Shown: positions 1 to 10,242 of the stretch, piece by piece
Layout: each line of letters begins with the position of its first letter
How positions within the stretch are numbered: the first letter of the stretch is position 1
Source of the DNA: Nitrosococcus oceani ATCC 19707
GTDB lineage: Bacteria; Pseudomonadota; Gammaproteobacteria; Nitrosococcales; Nitrosococcaceae
Direction: 5' to 3'
Length of the DNA stretch: 32,000 bases
Assembly: GCF_000012805.1 (NCBI RefSeq)
Contig: NC_007484.1
Location: forward strand, 2,490,001-2,522,000
Notes under the pieces: generated by a model
Databases searched by the model: none
Told to the model about the DNA's origin: nothing
Seen by the model: the letters and a program-made list of their open reading frames with translations, nothing else
Position numbers and translations under genes: made by a program

Positions 1-528
1 TTGATCCTGTAATCCCTCGTAGGGGCCTTTTAAAGAAGCGCTCAGAGGCTCCGATTCCTCACCCTCGTTGAATTCATCCAGGCTAAATACCCGATAACCG
101 CCTGCATCCTGCAATAGTCGATGATATTCATTAAGCGGCAACCCCAGCTCTTCAGCGACTTCATGATCCCGTGCGTCCCGGCCTTCACGGTTTTCAACTT
201 CCCGCATGACCTCGGCAACCTGCCTCGCCTTACGATGGACCGAGCGGGGCGCCCAATCATTACGGCGAATTTCATCCAGGATGGCGCCCCGTATACGGAT
301 TCCCGCATAAGTCTCAAAGCTTGCTCCTTGGGAAGCATTGTAATTACGAGCTGCCTCTAGTAAGCCAATCATACCTGCCTGAATAAGGTCATCCAATTGC
401 ACACTGGGCGGCAGTCGGGTTAACAGATGGTAAGCAATACGCTTAACCAACGGTGCATACTGAGCAACCAATTCATCATCTTTTCTCTTCTCTTGCGTAC
501 GAGTAGCGTAAGCAACAACCCCATTCAT
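1..528 (-). CDS. fliA: Flagellar sigma factor FliA (sigma-28). N-terminal 176 codons only; the 3' end runs off the window.
   Basis: This ORF is absent from the ORF track because it has no stop inside the window. My minus-strand translation from the ATG at 528..526 reads MNGVVAYATRTQEKRKDDELVAQYAPLVKRIAYHLLTRLPPSVQLDDLIQAGMIGLLEAARNYNASQGASFETYAGIRIRGAILDEIRRNDWAPRSVHRKARQ... This is the sigma-70 region 2 pattern of the FliA family. A GGGGA Shine-Dalgarno lies about 7 nt upstream. The start overlaps the flhG stop (ATGA). The position after flhF-flhG is canonical. Confidence 0.85.
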   Translation of the reverse strand, partial: MNGVVAYATRTQEKRKDDELVAQYAPLVKRIAYHLLTRLPPSVQLDDLIQAGMIGLLEAARNYNASQGASFETYAGIRIRGAILDEIRRNDWAPRSVHRKARQVAEVMREVENREGRDARDHEVAEELGLPLNEYHRLLQDAGGYRVFSLDEFNEGEESEPLSASLKGPYEGLQDQ

Positions 529-1451
529 GATAATTCCCCTTTACTATAAGAATCTCCGGCACAAGCTTTTTTAGCCGGTCTATCGACGACATACAGACTA
601 GATTGCACTAAGCGCTCTACAAAGAATTCTAGATGCCCTCCGGGTTCTCTCCGCATTGGCCAACGAATCGCCTTCTGGGCTAAATGCATGAAAGCTGCCG
701 CCGATTTGCTTCTGGGATAACTGCTAACCACCGCGCTTTGTTTTTTCACCGCCTTACGAAGGCAATCGTCATAAGGCACTACCCCCGAAAACTCCAATGT
801 CACATCCAAAAACTGGTTGGTGACTTTGACAAGCTTGTCATACAATTCCCTACCCTCCTGAATACTGCGGGCCATATTGGCAAGTATATGAAACCGATGC
901 AGCCGATGATCCCTGCTCAATATCTTGATTAAGGCATAAGCATCAGTAATAGAAGCAGGCTCATCGCAAACGACCATCAACACCTCTTGGGCCGCCCGGG
1001 TAAAACTAATCACACTGTCAGAGATTCCAGCGGCAGTATCAATTAGCAAGACATCCAGAGCCGTACCGAGCTTACTGAAAGCATGGATAAGACCCGCATG
1101 TTCCGCCGGACTAAGATGCGCCATGGCCCGTGCGCCTGAAGCTGCCGGCACGACCTTGATCCCTGCCGGCCCAGGGATAATAATGTCCTCTAATGAACAC
1201 TCCCCATTAACCACATGGGCCAAGTTATAAGTAGGTTGTAACCCTAACAATACATCAATATTTGCTAGCCCTAGATCGGCATCCAGCAACATCACTTTTT
1301 GACCTTGATTGGCCAGGGCTACCGCTAGATTGACTGAAACATTGGTTTTACCGACTCCCCCTTTACCACCGGTAATCGCCACTACCCGAACAGGATGGGC
1401 CATCTGCCGTAAGCCACTGGCCTGATCAATCCGTGCTTCAGACATGAGCAT
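525..1451 (-). CDS. flhG: MinD/ParA-type flagellar number regulator FlhG (FleN)
   Basis: The deviant Walker A is VVAITGGKGGVGKTNVSVNLAVALA. The N-terminal DQASGLRQ matches the conserved DQAxxLR FlhF-activating motif. A C-terminal amphipathic stretch LEFFVERLV is present. The track ORF starts at a GTG at 1460. The ATG at 1451 has a GGAAGGGG SD-like element upstream, and the ATG at 1445 is also possible. Confidence 0.9.
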   Translation of the reverse strand: MLMSEARIDQASGLRQMAHPVRVVAITGGKGGVGKTNVSVNLAVALANQGQKVMLLDADLGLANIDVLLGLQPTYNLAHVVNGECSLEDIIIPGPAGIKVVPAASGARAMAHLSPAEHAGLIHAFSKLGTALDVLLIDTAAGISDSVISFTRAAQEVLMVVCDEPASITDAYALIKILSRDHRLHRFHILANMARSIQEGRELYDKLVKVTNQFLDVTLEFSGVVPYDDCLRKAVKKQSAVVSSYPRSKSAAAFMHLAQKAIRWPMRREPGGHLEFFVERLVQSSLYVVDRPAKKACAGDSYSKGELS

Positions 1452-2619
1452 AAGCGCCACCCCTTCCGAAAGTTTGAGCTAAGACCTCATCCGTTAATCC
1501 TTTCTCCTGCTCATGGGCATATTCGCTGAGCAAATGGACGATGTTCTGGGCGCGGGCTGGAGAAAAATCCTCCGGTACCCGTTGTCCATCGCAGACATAG
1601 GCTAAAGGTAAATGATGACGAATAGCAGCGGACACCATTCCGCCGAGGCTGGCCGCCTCGTCAAGTTTGGTAAGGATACAGCCGGCAAGATCTATCCGGT
1701 TGAATTTCCGTACTACTTCATCTAACACCGAGAATTGGGTAGCGGCGGAGAGCACTAAGTAGTTCCTGATTTCTAGGGTACCCTCTGCAAGCATGGTAAA
1801 TTGCTCGGTAAGATGCATATCCCGCTGGCTCATACCTGCCGTGTCAATAAGTACTAATCGCCGATCCGCCAAATATTCCAGGGTTTCCTGTAATGTCTGC
1901 TGATCACGGGCCACCTTGACTGGAATACCCAGAATGCGGCCATAGGTATGCAACTGCTCCTGGGCGCCGATGCGGAAACAATCAGTGGTCACCAGAGCAA
2001 CACTATGGAGGCCATGGCAAAGGGCAAAGCGCGCCGCGAGCTTGGCCACGCTGGTAGTTTTTCCCACACCCGTCGGACCTACAAGGGCGATGATGCCGCC
2101 ATCGGACAAAATATCATCGTTAGCAATAGGAATGAGGTCAGTCAATCCCTTCAATGCCTGCTGCCAAATTTGATGAGGAGCACCTTCATTATTCACCTGA
2201 GCAGCCAACTGCTGGCAAAGATCGGAGGCTAGATCCAAACCCATTAATCGGCGGAGCAGTTGCGCCTTAGAGGGGTTACGGCGTCCTATTTCACCCCATG
2301 CGAGATCTGATAATTGTGTTTCTACTAGATTGCGTAAATTTTTCATCTCTTGGTGCATCTCAAGGAGGATTGGCTCCTGAGACCCACCTCTCTGATCCGC
2401 AAAAGAGGTTCTTTTCTCTGGCAGAGGCTCCGCCCCATCACGGCGCTGAGAATTCAGAACTTGCTTAGGCGTAGTATCTTCATAATCCGTGGCAGCGACG
2501 ATCTCCACACCCTCTCCAACCGAACGGTTGGACAAGATAACGGCATCCGCCCCCATTGCCTCCCGTACCTGCCGGATAGCTTGACGCACATCCGGAGCTG
2601 TAAACCGCCTAATCTTCAT
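1438..2619 (-). CDS. flhF: SRP-type GTPase FlhF (flagellar placement)
   Basis: The N-terminus MKIRRFTAPDVRQAIRQVREAMGADAVILSNRSV is typical of FlhF. G1 is GPTGVGKTT and G3 is DTAGMSQRD. TKLDE is present. The TAATG junction gives a 1-nt overlap with the flhA stop. Confidence 0.9.
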   Translation of the reverse strand: MKIRRFTAPDVRQAIRQVREAMGADAVILSNRSVGEGVEIVAATDYEDTTPKQVLNSQRRDGAEPLPEKRTSFADQRGGSQEPILLEMHQEMKNLRNLVETQLSDLAWGEIGRRNPSKAQLLRRLMGLDLASDLCQQLAAQVNNEGAPHQIWQQALKGLTDLIPIANDDILSDGGIIALVGPTGVGKTTSVAKLAARFALCHGLHSVALVTTDCFRIGAQEQLHTYGRILGIPVKVARDQQTLQETLEYLADRRLVLIDTAGMSQRDMHLTEQFTMLAEGTLEIRNYLVLSAATQFSVLDEVVRKFNRIDLAGCILTKLDEAASLGGMVSAAIRHHLPLAYVCDGQRVPEDFSPARAQNIVHLLSEYAHEQEKGLTDEVLAQTFGRGGAYAHV

Positions 2620-4691
2620 TAGCTGCCCACACTGGCGACGATACGCACCTGTTTATCCTCTGGTATCTCGTTATAGGACAATACCTTAAGCTCAGGGATA
2701 GCGTGTCGGACAAAACGTGCGAGCCAGGGTCTTAAGACGCCCTGGACTAATAAAATAGCTGGCTTTCCAGCCGCCTCTTGCCGCTGGACGCTGTCTCTTA
2801 GCGTAAGGTGTAATTTTTCTGCTAAACCCGGTTCCATATTCAGTCCTCCCCCTTCACTAGCTGTCTGTAGAGATGCTAGCAATAATTGTTCCAGGGCGGG
2901 AGCTATAGAAATAACCTGGAGCTCTTTTTCTAAGCCATTGAAACACTGGATAATAAATCGACCTAAGGCAATGCGGATTATGGCTGTCAAAATGGCGGGG
3001 TCTTGACTTCTTAATCCATGTTCCGTCAAAGATTCGACGATGGTGCGCATATCACGGATAGGTACGCCCTCCTCCAGCAGCTGTTGCAGAACTTTTTGTA
3101 CAATGCTCAATGGCAAGATCTCGGGAACTAGTCCCTCAACCAGCTTGGGCGCCGTTTTAGCCAAATTTTCTAGCAGCTTCTGCACTTCCTCCCGGCCCAA
3201 TAACCCATGGGCATGATTTTGCAGAATTTGACTTAAGTGGGTAGCGATCACCGTACCGGCATCCACGACCGTATAGCCGTGCATCTGAGCTTGCTCCCGT
3301 TGGGCTGGCTCAATCCACAGGGCCTCTAGGCCAAATGCTGGATCCTGGGCCGGGGTTCCTTCCACCTTGCCAAAAACCTGGCCCGGGTTAATGGCCATCT
3401 CCCGTTCGGGAAAAACTTCCGCCTCCCCCACTGTGACCCCAAATAAGGTTATTCGATAGGCGATGGGAGCTAAATTTAGATTGTCGCGAATATGAACGGG
3501 CGGAATGAGAAAACCCCAGTCCTGAGAGAGCTTTTTTCGCACGCCTTTGATACGCCCCATCAATTGCCCCCCTTGGGTCTTATCTACCAGGGGAATCAAG
3601 CGATAGCCAACTTCAAGGCCAATGGGATCCACAGGGGGAATATCCTCCCAAGATAGTTCCGGCGTTTCCGAGGGAGCAGCCATAGGGGGGGTGGGAGCCA
3701 CTTCCGCTTTTTGCCGCTTGCCCAACCACCAGACTCCAAAGCCGCAGAGCAAAGCCAGCCCTAAGAAAGCCAAATTAGGCATTCCAGGAATAAGTCCCAT
3801 GCTTCCCAGCACGACGGCGACTACCGCCAATGATTTAGGGTTCTTAAACAATTGAGCCAAAATTTGGCTGCCCATATCTTGCGCATGGGAAACCCGAGTC
3901 ACAAGAATGCCCGCTGCGGTAGATAACACCAGGGAGGGAATCTGAGCAACCAACCCGTCACCAATGGTCAGTAGGGTATAGTTCCGGGCAGCTTCGCTAA
4001 AAGAAAGATCGTGCTGCAAAAGCCCCACCGCAAGCCCGCCAGCAACATTAATCAGCAGAATTAAAATGCCAGCAATAGCATCGCCACGAACAAATTTGCC
4101 AGCGCCATCCATGGAGCCATAAAAGTCCGCTTCCTGCATGACTTCCTCGCGCCGAAGGCGGGCTTCTTCTTGATCGATCAGACCGGCATTCAAATCCGCG
4201 TCGATGGCCATTTGCTTGCCGGGCATGGCATCCAAAGTAAACCGGGCGCTCACCTCGGAAATACGGGTTGCCCCTTTGGTCACCACCACAAAATTGATAA
4301 GGACCAAGATAAAAAAGACCACTAAGCCGACGGCGTAATTACCCCCAATCACAAATTCCCCAAAGGCTTGGATAACTTTACCGGCCGCATCCGACCCCGT
4401 ATGTCCCTCTAACAATACCACTCGGGTGGAAGCCACGTTCAAGGCTAGGCGCATTAAGGTGGCGAGCAAAAGTATCGTGGGAAAAGAAGAAAAGTCGAGG
4501 GGCCGGCGAGCATAAACTCCGGCTAACAGAACCACCAAAGCCAGGGAGATGTTGAAAGTAAAAAGCAAATCGAGAAGTGCCGCCGGTAATGGCAACACCA
4601 TCATAGCCAACATTAATAGCAATAATAGGGGCGCACCTAGCCCATTACGGCCCACCTCACGCAGGTGTCCGCGAACAGCAGCAGTATTCAT
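2619..4691 (-). CDS. flhA: Flagellar type III export gate protein FlhA
   Basis: The protein is 690 aa. It has an N-terminal polytopic membrane domain and a large cytoplasmic C-terminal domain. The sequence has FlhA/InvA family character throughout, for example GKFVRGDAIAGILI and VTRVS. Confidence 0.95.
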   Translation of the reverse strand: MNTAAVRGHLREVGRNGLGAPLLLLLMLAMMVLPLPAALLDLLFTFNISLALVVLLAGVYARRPLDFSSFPTILLLATLMRLALNVASTRVVLLEGHTGSDAAGKVIQAFGEFVIGGNYAVGLVVFFILVLINFVVVTKGATRISEVSARFTLDAMPGKQMAIDADLNAGLIDQEEARLRREEVMQEADFYGSMDGAGKFVRGDAIAGILILLINVAGGLAVGLLQHDLSFSEAARNYTLLTIGDGLVAQIPSLVLSTAAGILVTRVSHAQDMGSQILAQLFKNPKSLAVVAVVLGSMGLIPGMPNLAFLGLALLCGFGVWWLGKRQKAEVAPTPPMAAPSETPELSWEDIPPVDPIGLEVGYRLIPLVDKTQGGQLMGRIKGVRKKLSQDWGFLIPPVHIRDNLNLAPIAYRITLFGVTVGEAEVFPEREMAINPGQVFGKVEGTPAQDPAFGLEALWIEPAQREQAQMHGYTVVDAGTVIATHLSQILQNHAHGLLGREEVQKLLENLAKTAPKLVEGLVPEILPLSIVQKVLQQLLEEGVPIRDMRTIVESLTEHGLRSQDPAILTAIIRIALGRFIIQCFNGLEKELQVISIAPALEQLLLASLQTASEGGGLNMEPGLAEKLHLTLRDSVQRQEAAGKPAILLVQGVLRPWLARFVRHAIPELKVLSYNEIPEDKQVRIVASVGS

Positions 4692-4695
4692 GGTA

Positions 4696-5829
4696 TTAAT
4701 CCCGTCTTAAGTCTTCAGGAATTGGAAATTCATTTGGAATAGGTTGGGGCCGGGGGCCACCCCGGCGTTGGTACTGGCGCAGTTGCAAGACATAAGCCAG
4801 CACCTGCGCCACAGCACGGTAAAGTCCGGCGGGAATTTCTTGGTCTAGCTTGGTACTGTGGTAAATGGCACGGCTCAAAGCCGGTGCGGAAAGTACGGGT
4901 ACGTTATTACCTGCCGCTACCGTTCGAATTTTGATGGCCACCTGATCAACCCCCTTAGCAACTACTCGCGGGGCACCCTGTTTATCCTGCTCGTAATTCA
5001 GGGCTACCGCGTAATGGGTAGGGTTGACCACCACCACATCGGCCTGGGGAACCGCCGCCATCATGCGGCGGCTTGCTATTTCCCGTTGAACACGACGAAT
5101 CCGCCCCTTGAGCTCCGGGTTGCCATCAGTTTCTTTATGTTCCTCTTTGACCTCCTGCCGCGTCATCTTGAGCTGGCGGGTATGATTCCATCCTTGAAAG
5201 GGAGCATCGATCACCGCGATAAGCGCAAGACTGGCGGAAAGGCCCACTAAACTCCATCCCATCAAGTGGGCTAATTGAAATACGGCTGGAACAAACGGTT
5301 GCCTTCCCAGAGCGATCAAATCGGGACTAAAAAGCCAAAACAGTAGACAACCTACACCACTTAGAAGCAAGAATTTAATCAATGCCTTGAGTAGTTCCAT
5401 TCCGCCTTGAGGGCCAAAAATTCGCTTCATGCCCTTGGCCGGATTTAGTTTCTCCCACTTAAAACCCAAGGACTGAGCGCTAAAACTCCAACCCCCCATT
5501 AAAAGAGGGGCGGCCAACGCCGCGATAAGTGTTAAAGCCAAAAAAGGCGTTATTATTTTGACCGCTTCACCTACTCCTTGCTGAAACTGTAGAATAGCGG
5601 CCTTCGGCTCAAAAATCTGGGCGCGTTCCAACTGCAAACCCTGGCGCATTAGATCGGCTAGCCCCTGCAGCAAAGGCTCCCCTATCAACACCAGCCCCAG
5701 GGCGGAGCTCAGCAGCAAAACTGTCGTGCTAAGTTCCCGTGAACGGGGAACCTGGCCTTTTTTTCGAGCCTCTTCCTGGCGCTTTGGAGTCGGTTGTTCC
5801 GTGCGCTCCTGAGCACTAGAGTCCGCCAT
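4696..5829 (-). CDS. flhB: Flagellar export switch protein FlhB
   Basis: The N-terminus reads ERTEQPTPKRQEEARKKGQVPRSRELS. The NPTH autocleavage motif is present (VVVNPTHYAVAL). The length is 377 aa. Confidence 0.95.
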   Translation of the reverse strand: MADSSAQERTEQPTPKRQEEARKKGQVPRSRELSTTVLLLSSALGLVLIGEPLLQGLADLMRQGLQLERAQIFEPKAAILQFQQGVGEAVKIITPFLALTLIAALAAPLLMGGWSFSAQSLGFKWEKLNPAKGMKRIFGPQGGMELLKALIKFLLLSGVGCLLFWLFSPDLIALGRQPFVPAVFQLAHLMGWSLVGLSASLALIAVIDAPFQGWNHTRQLKMTRQEVKEEHKETDGNPELKGRIRRVQREIASRRMMAAVPQADVVVVNPTHYAVALNYEQDKQGAPRVVAKGVDQVAIKIRTVAAGNNVPVLSAPALSRAIYHSTKLDQEIPAGLYRAVAQVLAYVLQLRQYQRRGGPRPQPIPNEFPIPEDLRRD

Positions 5830-6610
5830 TATTCCCTTCCTCTAGCCAAGCGCGGATAAGCGTTAGAGCAGTATCGGTGAGATTGACCAAATGACTTGGA
5901 GCATTGGGCAAGGTAAATAAAAGCACCCAAAATCCCAAGATGAGAGTGAGGGGGAAACCAATGGAAAAGGGATTAAGTTGAGGAGCGGCGCGGGACATCA
6001 CACCAAAGGTCAAATTAACTAACGACAACGCCCCAATGGCAGGCAAAGCGATTAACACGCTCCCGGCAAGCATCCAGCTCCCCGCCCCCGCCAGCTGCCA
6101 AAAGCCCCCTAGACTCGCTCTTTCCACTCCCAAAGGAAGGACGTAAAAACTCTCCGCCAACACTTGAATGACCACTAAATGGCCATTTAATCCCAGAAAA
6201 ACCAAAGTAATAAGAACAGTATAGAGCTGCGAGACCATAGAAACAGCCACTCCATTCTGAGGATCCATCAAGGAAGCGAAGCCCAATCCCATCTGGGTAG
6301 CCACGATTTGTCCTCCTATGGCAAAAGCCTGAAACACCATCTGTAATACCAAGGCCATGGCAAACCCAATTAGGAACTGTTGCATAACCAGCAACCCTCC
6401 CTCCACGCTCAAGGCGGCTACTGAGGTGGCCGGGATTACAGGTGCAATAACAACGGTGAGCGCAAGGGCAAGCACTAAGCGTATCCGCACTGGGACGACC
6501 TTGCTGCCAAAGAGTGGCATCGCCATCAATAGTGCCCCGATACGGCAAAAAGGCCACAGGTAAGCACTGATCAGTTGATTTAACTCATTACTGGTAAAGT
6601 CCATGTTCAC
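5816..6610 (-). CDS. fliR: Flagellar export apparatus protein FliR
   Basis: This is a polytopic membrane protein of about 260 aa located between fliQ and flhB. The track start at 6610 is a GTG that overlaps the fliQ stop. The ATG at 6604 is an alternative start. Confidence 0.88.
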   Translation of the reverse strand: MNMDFTSNELNQLISAYLWPFCRIGALLMAMPLFGSKVVPVRIRLVLALALTVVIAPVIPATSVAALSVEGGLLVMQQFLIGFAMALVLQMVFQAFAIGGQIVATQMGLGFASLMDPQNGVAVSMVSQLYTVLITLVFLGLNGHLVVIQVLAESFYVLPLGVERASLGGFWQLAGAGSWMLAGSVLIALPAIGALSLVNLTFGVMSRAAPQLNPFSIGFPLTLILGFWVLLFTLPNAPSHLVNLTDTALTLIRAWLEEGNNGGL

Positions 6611-6876
6611 CCAATAAGTGTGGGAATATTCTCAAAGATCTGCCGGCTGTGATCCAACACTAACTGCAACATCCAAGGGCCCGCGAGGCCAAGCGTAAGT
6701 AACACCGCTAAAAGTTTAGGAATAAAACTCAAAGTCATTTCGTTGATTTGGGTAGCTGCTTGAAACATGCTCACCAATACGCCTACGGCGAGGGAAGGCA
6801 ATAAGAGAACAGCTAGCAATAAGGCAAGCAACTCTAGACTATGGCGAAGAAGGGAAAGGACGATATCTGCGGTCAT
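6607..6876 (-). CDS. fliQ: Flagellar export apparatus protein FliQ (89 aa)
   Basis: From the internal ATG at 6876 the protein reads [54 protein letters not shown]..., which is the FliQ pattern. That ATG forms an ATGA overlap with the fliP stop. The 105-aa track ORF is an upstream extension into fliP. Confidence 0.9.
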   Translation of the reverse strand: MTADIVLSLLRHSLELLALLLAVLLLPSLAVGVLVSMFQAATQINEMTLSFIPKLLAVLLTLGLAGPWMLQLVLDHSRQIFENIPTLIG

Positions 6877-7661
6877 GAGGCTACATAAAAGCTTGAGGCT
6901 AAGGTACCCATAAGCAGGGACCAACCGTCGATGAGAACAAAAAGAAGGAGCTTAAAGGGGAGCGATACCAGCATGGGGGAAAGCATCATCATACCCATCG
7001 CCATTAATACACTTGCCACCACAAGATCAATAATGAGAAAGGGAATAAATAATAAGAAACCAATTTGAAAAGCTGTTTTAAGCTCGCTGGTAATAAAGGC
7101 GGGCACCAATAAAGAAAAGGGTACCTGCTCAGGAGACTCGAACGCTTCCCGTCCAGAGATCTCAGCAAAAAGTTTAAGGTCAGTTTCCCGGGTCTGGGCT
7201 ATCATAAAGTGGTGAAAAGGCTCTCGCACCCGAGCCAGGGCATCCGTCACGGAGATTTCTTCTTGAAAATAAGGTTTTACCCCTTCCTGATAGGCTTTAT
7301 CCAACACCGGGCTCATAATAAAAAAGGTCAAAAAGAGGGCTAGACCAATCAAAATTTGGCTAGAGGGAGTCTGGGCCAATCCCAGCGCTTGGCGTAGGAT
7401 AGAAAACACGACAATAATTCGCGTGAAGGAGGTCATAACCATCACCGCTGCCGGCAGCAAGGTTAAAACCGTCATAAGCCCCAGGATTTGCAAAGTTACG
7501 GTATAGGTTTGCTCGCCATTACCATCAGCCGTTACTGCCAGCGCAGGAACACCCGGTGCGGCCCAGCCTGCGGCCATGGGCAGGAGGAGCAACCCAGGCA
7601 ACATTAAACACCATACTCCCTGGTATCGAGATAATTTTGCCCGACGCATCAACTTGCTCAT
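6873..7661 (-). CDS. fliP: Flagellar export apparatus protein FliP (262 aa, signal peptide)
   Basis: From the ATG at 7661 the protein reads [37 protein letters not shown], a signal peptide. It is followed by the FliP core ([51 protein letters not shown]). That ATG forms an ATGA overlap with the fliO stop. The 40-codon upstream extension in the track is probably not translated. Confidence 0.9.
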   Translation of the reverse strand: MSKLMRRAKLSRYQGVWCLMLPGLLLLPMAAGWAAPGVPALAVTADGNGEQTYTVTLQILGLMTVLTLLPAAVMVMTSFTRIIVVFSILRQALGLAQTPSSQILIGLALFLTFFIMSPVLDKAYQEGVKPYFQEEISVTDALARVREPFHHFMIAQTRETDLKLFAEISGREAFESPEQVPFSLLVPAFITSELKTAFQIGFLLFIPFLIIDLVVASVLMAMGMMMLSPMLVSLPFKLLLFVLIDGWSLLMGTLASSFYVAS

Positions 7662-8149
7662 GGCGACTCCCCCTGTTTGAGTACAGCATTCAAATGTTGA
7701 GCAAAAGGGTTTTTTAACGGCTTCTGGGGGATGGCAACCGGCGTCTCTAGCACATGCAAGGTCCGGATCTGCCCTGGACAAACCCCCACAAGCAGTTGTT
7801 GCTCTCCTACCTGGACAAGCACCGCCCGCTCCCGCGTTCCAAGAGACACGCCTCCCAGGATCTGCAAGCCAGTTCCATTGTTACGTTGTAAACCCTGAAC
7901 TCGGCGCAGCAGCCACATGACCAAAGCAATAGCGCCAAGTACCAAAACAAGGGCTATCATCATTTGGAGCACTTCTCCTGTAGCAATCGTTGAAGCAGGA
8001 ATATTTGGGGCTTGAACAAACCCTCCGGGAACCTCCTCTTCCTGGATCGGCCGGGTTTGAGCAGGACTTCCCGCTGCTAGAGCGACCTGACCGGAAAACA
8101 TCAGTAGCAAGAAAATAACGGTGGTAAAAGTATAAGGGGACTTATTCAT
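7658..8149 (-). CDS. fliO: Flagellar protein FliO
   Basis: The protein is 163 aa. It has one N-terminal and one central hydrophobic segment. The position between fliN and fliP is canonical. The family is poorly conserved, so the call rests mostly on synteny and topology. Confidence 0.7.
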   Translation of the reverse strand: MNKSPYTFTTVIFLLLMFSGQVALAAGSPAQTRPIQEEEVPGGFVQAPNIPASTIATGEVLQMMIALVLVLGAIALVMWLLRRVQGLQRNNGTGLQILGGVSLGTRERAVLVQVGEQQLLVGVCPGQIRTLHVLETPVAIPQKPLKNPFAQHLNAVLKQGESP

Positions 8150-8577
8150 TTGAGCCTCTTGACCCGTTCTGAAGCGCTGATTACATCGGTCAGGCGAATG
8201 CCAAATTTTTCATTCACCACTACTAATTCACCATGGGCAATCAGGCAACCATTCACTAAAACGTCTAAAGGTTCCCCAGCAAGCCGATCAAGCTCTACCA
8301 CTGAACCCTGGTTTAATTGCAGTAAATTCCGAATACTAATTCTGGTGCGCCCAATCTCCATGGCCATGGTTACCGGGATATCCAAAATAAGCTCTAAATT
8401 GATATCCTTGGTAACATTTCCTGGATCGGCTTCCAGCTCTTCTAATACCGCCTGGGGATGGAACATCGAGGTAGACTCTTCCTCCTGCCCGGAGTCCACG
8501 CCGGCTTGTGGCTGGGACGGTGCATCTGCCCATTCATCAGCGGCTACGGGGTCTTGATTGTTGTGATGGGTGCTCAT
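8146..8577 (-). CDS. fliN: Flagellar motor switch protein FliN
   Basis: The N-terminus is acidic. It is followed by a SpoA/FliN domain (LILDIPVTMAMEIGRTRISIRNLLQLNQGSVVELDRLAGEPLDVLVNGCLIAHGELVVVNEKFGIRLTDV). Confidence 0.92.
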   Translation of the reverse strand: MSTHHNNQDPVAADEWADAPSQPQAGVDSGQEEESTSMFHPQAVLEELEADPGNVTKDINLELILDIPVTMAMEIGRTRISIRNLLQLNQGSVVELDRLAGEPLDVLVNGCLIAHGELVVVNEKFGIRLTDVISASERVKRLK

Positions 8578-8597
8578 GGATAAACCTTATAAGGAAT

Positions 8598-9608
8598 CTA
8601 TAATTCAGCGGATGACTTTTCGGTAAACGACTCGGGGGAAAGTAGGCGCTCTACTACTTTTAGAGCACGGCTACCATGGTGAATCCCATAACGGACCCGG
8701 AATACGGGAATACCATCAGCAAGGGCGGTGACGGTGGACGGCAGTTCAATGGGTAAAATATCTCCTGACTTGAGCGCTAATATCTCCCCTAAGGAAAGCT
8801 GAATTTCCGTTAAGGTACAAGACAATTCCACTTCAGCATCCGAAACATTTTTCCGCAAAGCCTGATTCCAGCCACCATCTGCCTGAGCGAAATCATCTTT
8901 TTTTCCAGTAGCTAGCAATTCACGCACAGGCTCTAGCAGGGTATAGGGCAAAGCAATGTGAAATTCTCCCCCCCCTCCCTCAAACTCCACATGAAAGGTG
9001 GAAACCACCACCATCTCACTGGAGCTAGCAATGGTGGCAAGCCGGGGATTAAGCTCCGTCTGCAAATACTCAAAATTGACTGCCAACACCGGCTCCCAAG
9101 CCTGCTTTAGATCAGCAAATGTTCTTTCTAAAACCAATTGGATAATATGCACCTCAGTAGGCGTAAATTCCCGGTTTTCAAGGCGATTATAAAATTGCCC
9201 GGAGCCGCCGAAATACTGCTCTACCAGCATAAATACCAACTTAGGATCAAACACGAACAATCCCGTCCCCCGGAGAGGATCTATCTGCACTAGATTTAAG
9301 CTAGTAGGCATAAAGAGAGTATGCAGATACTCAGAAAACTTGAGCACCTGCACTCCTCCAACCGTAACCTCGGTCGCCCGCCGTAACAGGTTAAATAAGC
9401 TGAGGCGAAATTGGCGCGCAAAACGCTCGTTAATCATCTCTAGCAGGGGAACATAAGCCCTAGCAATGCGGTCTTCACTGCTAAAATCGTAAGGGCGAAT
9501 CGTCTTTTCATCTCCCAGAACCCGTGGGTCGGCTTCACTCCTACTACCGGCAATACCGGAAAGCAAGGCATCTACCTCATCTTGGGAAAGAATATCAGTA
9601 GCGGCCAT
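8598..9608 (-). CDS. fliM: Flagellar motor switch protein FliM
   Basis: The N-terminal CheY-P binding motif ILSQDEVDALLSG is present. The length is 336 aa. The C-terminus has a SpoA-like domain. Confidence 0.92.
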   Translation of the reverse strand: MAATDILSQDEVDALLSGIAGSRSEADPRVLGDEKTIRPYDFSSEDRIARAYVPLLEMINERFARQFRLSLFNLLRRATEVTVGGVQVLKFSEYLHTLFMPTSLNLVQIDPLRGTGLFVFDPKLVFMLVEQYFGGSGQFYNRLENREFTPTEVHIIQLVLERTFADLKQAWEPVLAVNFEYLQTELNPRLATIASSSEMVVVSTFHVEFEGGGGEFHIALPYTLLEPVRELLATGKKDDFAQADGGWNQALRKNVSDAEVELSCTLTEIQLSLGEILALKSGDILPIELPSTVTALADGIPVFRVRYGIHHGSRALKVVERLLSPESFTEKSSAEL

Positions 9609-9612
9609 GGCT

Positions 9613-10128
9613 TTACTGCATTACAAAGCCGGTGAAAAAGACGGCCTCCACGCCGGAAACGGCTGCTTGCGCCTCTAAAATTAGATTAATCTCCTCCCGT
9701 GCTGCTTCCCGCAACCGCTCTTTACCCTCCACGGTACGCATTGTTTCGTAGTCCTGTTGGCTAAGTAGAAGCAATAGAGTATTGCGAATGGCAGGCATGT
9801 GGGTTTGCAATGCCTCAATGACTTCTTGATCCCGAGCCATGGCCTCCATTTTAGTCTGGAGAAAACGTATCCGGTGCTGGCTTTGGTGTTGGAAATTGAC
9901 GACGAAAGCAGGGTCTAGAGAGTGATAAATAGCGGGCTGGTTGGTTCTAGCAGCATCGGCAGAAACCTCGCCAGTAACCGCTTGCGGACCTATTACGCCA
10001 GTTAAATACAAGGCCCCTGCCACCGCTATTATCAGGAGGATAATCAAGGCGCAAATGAGAATAATCAGGGATTTTTTGGAGCCTCCACCATTCCTGGTTT
10101 CCGCATCCAAAGTGCTACTTTCAGCCAT
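9613..10128 (-). CDS. fliL: Flagellar basal-body-associated protein FliL
   Basis: The protein has a single N-terminal TM segment (LIILICALIILLIIAVAGALYL) followed by a FliL-type periplasmic domain. It lies directly upstream of fliM. I prefer the ATG at 10128, which has an AGAGGA SD about 9 nt upstream, over the GTG at 10149 used by the track. Confidence 0.8.
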   Translation of the reverse strand: MAESSTLDAETRNGGGSKKSLIILICALIILLIIAVAGALYLTGVIGPQAVTGEVSADAARTNQPAIYHSLDPAFVVNFQHQSQHRIRFLQTKMEAMARDQEVIEALQTHMPAIRNTLLLLLSQQDYETMRTVEGKERLREAAREEINLILEAQAAVSGVEAVFFTGFVMQ

Positions 10129-10242
10129 GGGGTTTATTCCTCTGCTCACAACTAAGAATTATTTATTCTTAACGTAAGCAAGCCCCATACCATCTCTTCC
10201 GGTGGTAGAAAAACGTATTAATTTAAACAACTTGCCGTAAAG

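Noticed and set aside
42-360. Track ORFs 42..338 (-) and 121..360 (+) at the left edge of the window.
   Set aside because: Both are out of frame with the much better-supported fliA reading frame (1..528, minus). That frame translates into a clean sigma-28 region 2 sequence. I treat these two as shadow ORFs.
6877-7781. N-terminal extensions of the fliQ (to 6924) and fliP (to 7781) ORFs given in the track.
   Set aside because: Internal ATGs at 6876 and 7661 give canonical protein N-termini. They also form exact ATGA overlaps with the upstream stops. The extensions simply run back through the preceding genes.
8150-8557. Long antisense or alternative-frame ORFs inside the flagellar genes, for example 8150..8557 (+) opposite fliN, 6015..6557 (-) inside fliR, 4858..5250 (+) opposite flhB and 12187..12597 (+) opposite the GT2.
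   Set aside because: They lie entirely within strongly supported genes. Their products are low-complexity or Arg/Pro/Ser-rich and show no motifs. They have no independent start signals. This is the usual picture for shadow ORFs in DNA of about 50% GC or higher.
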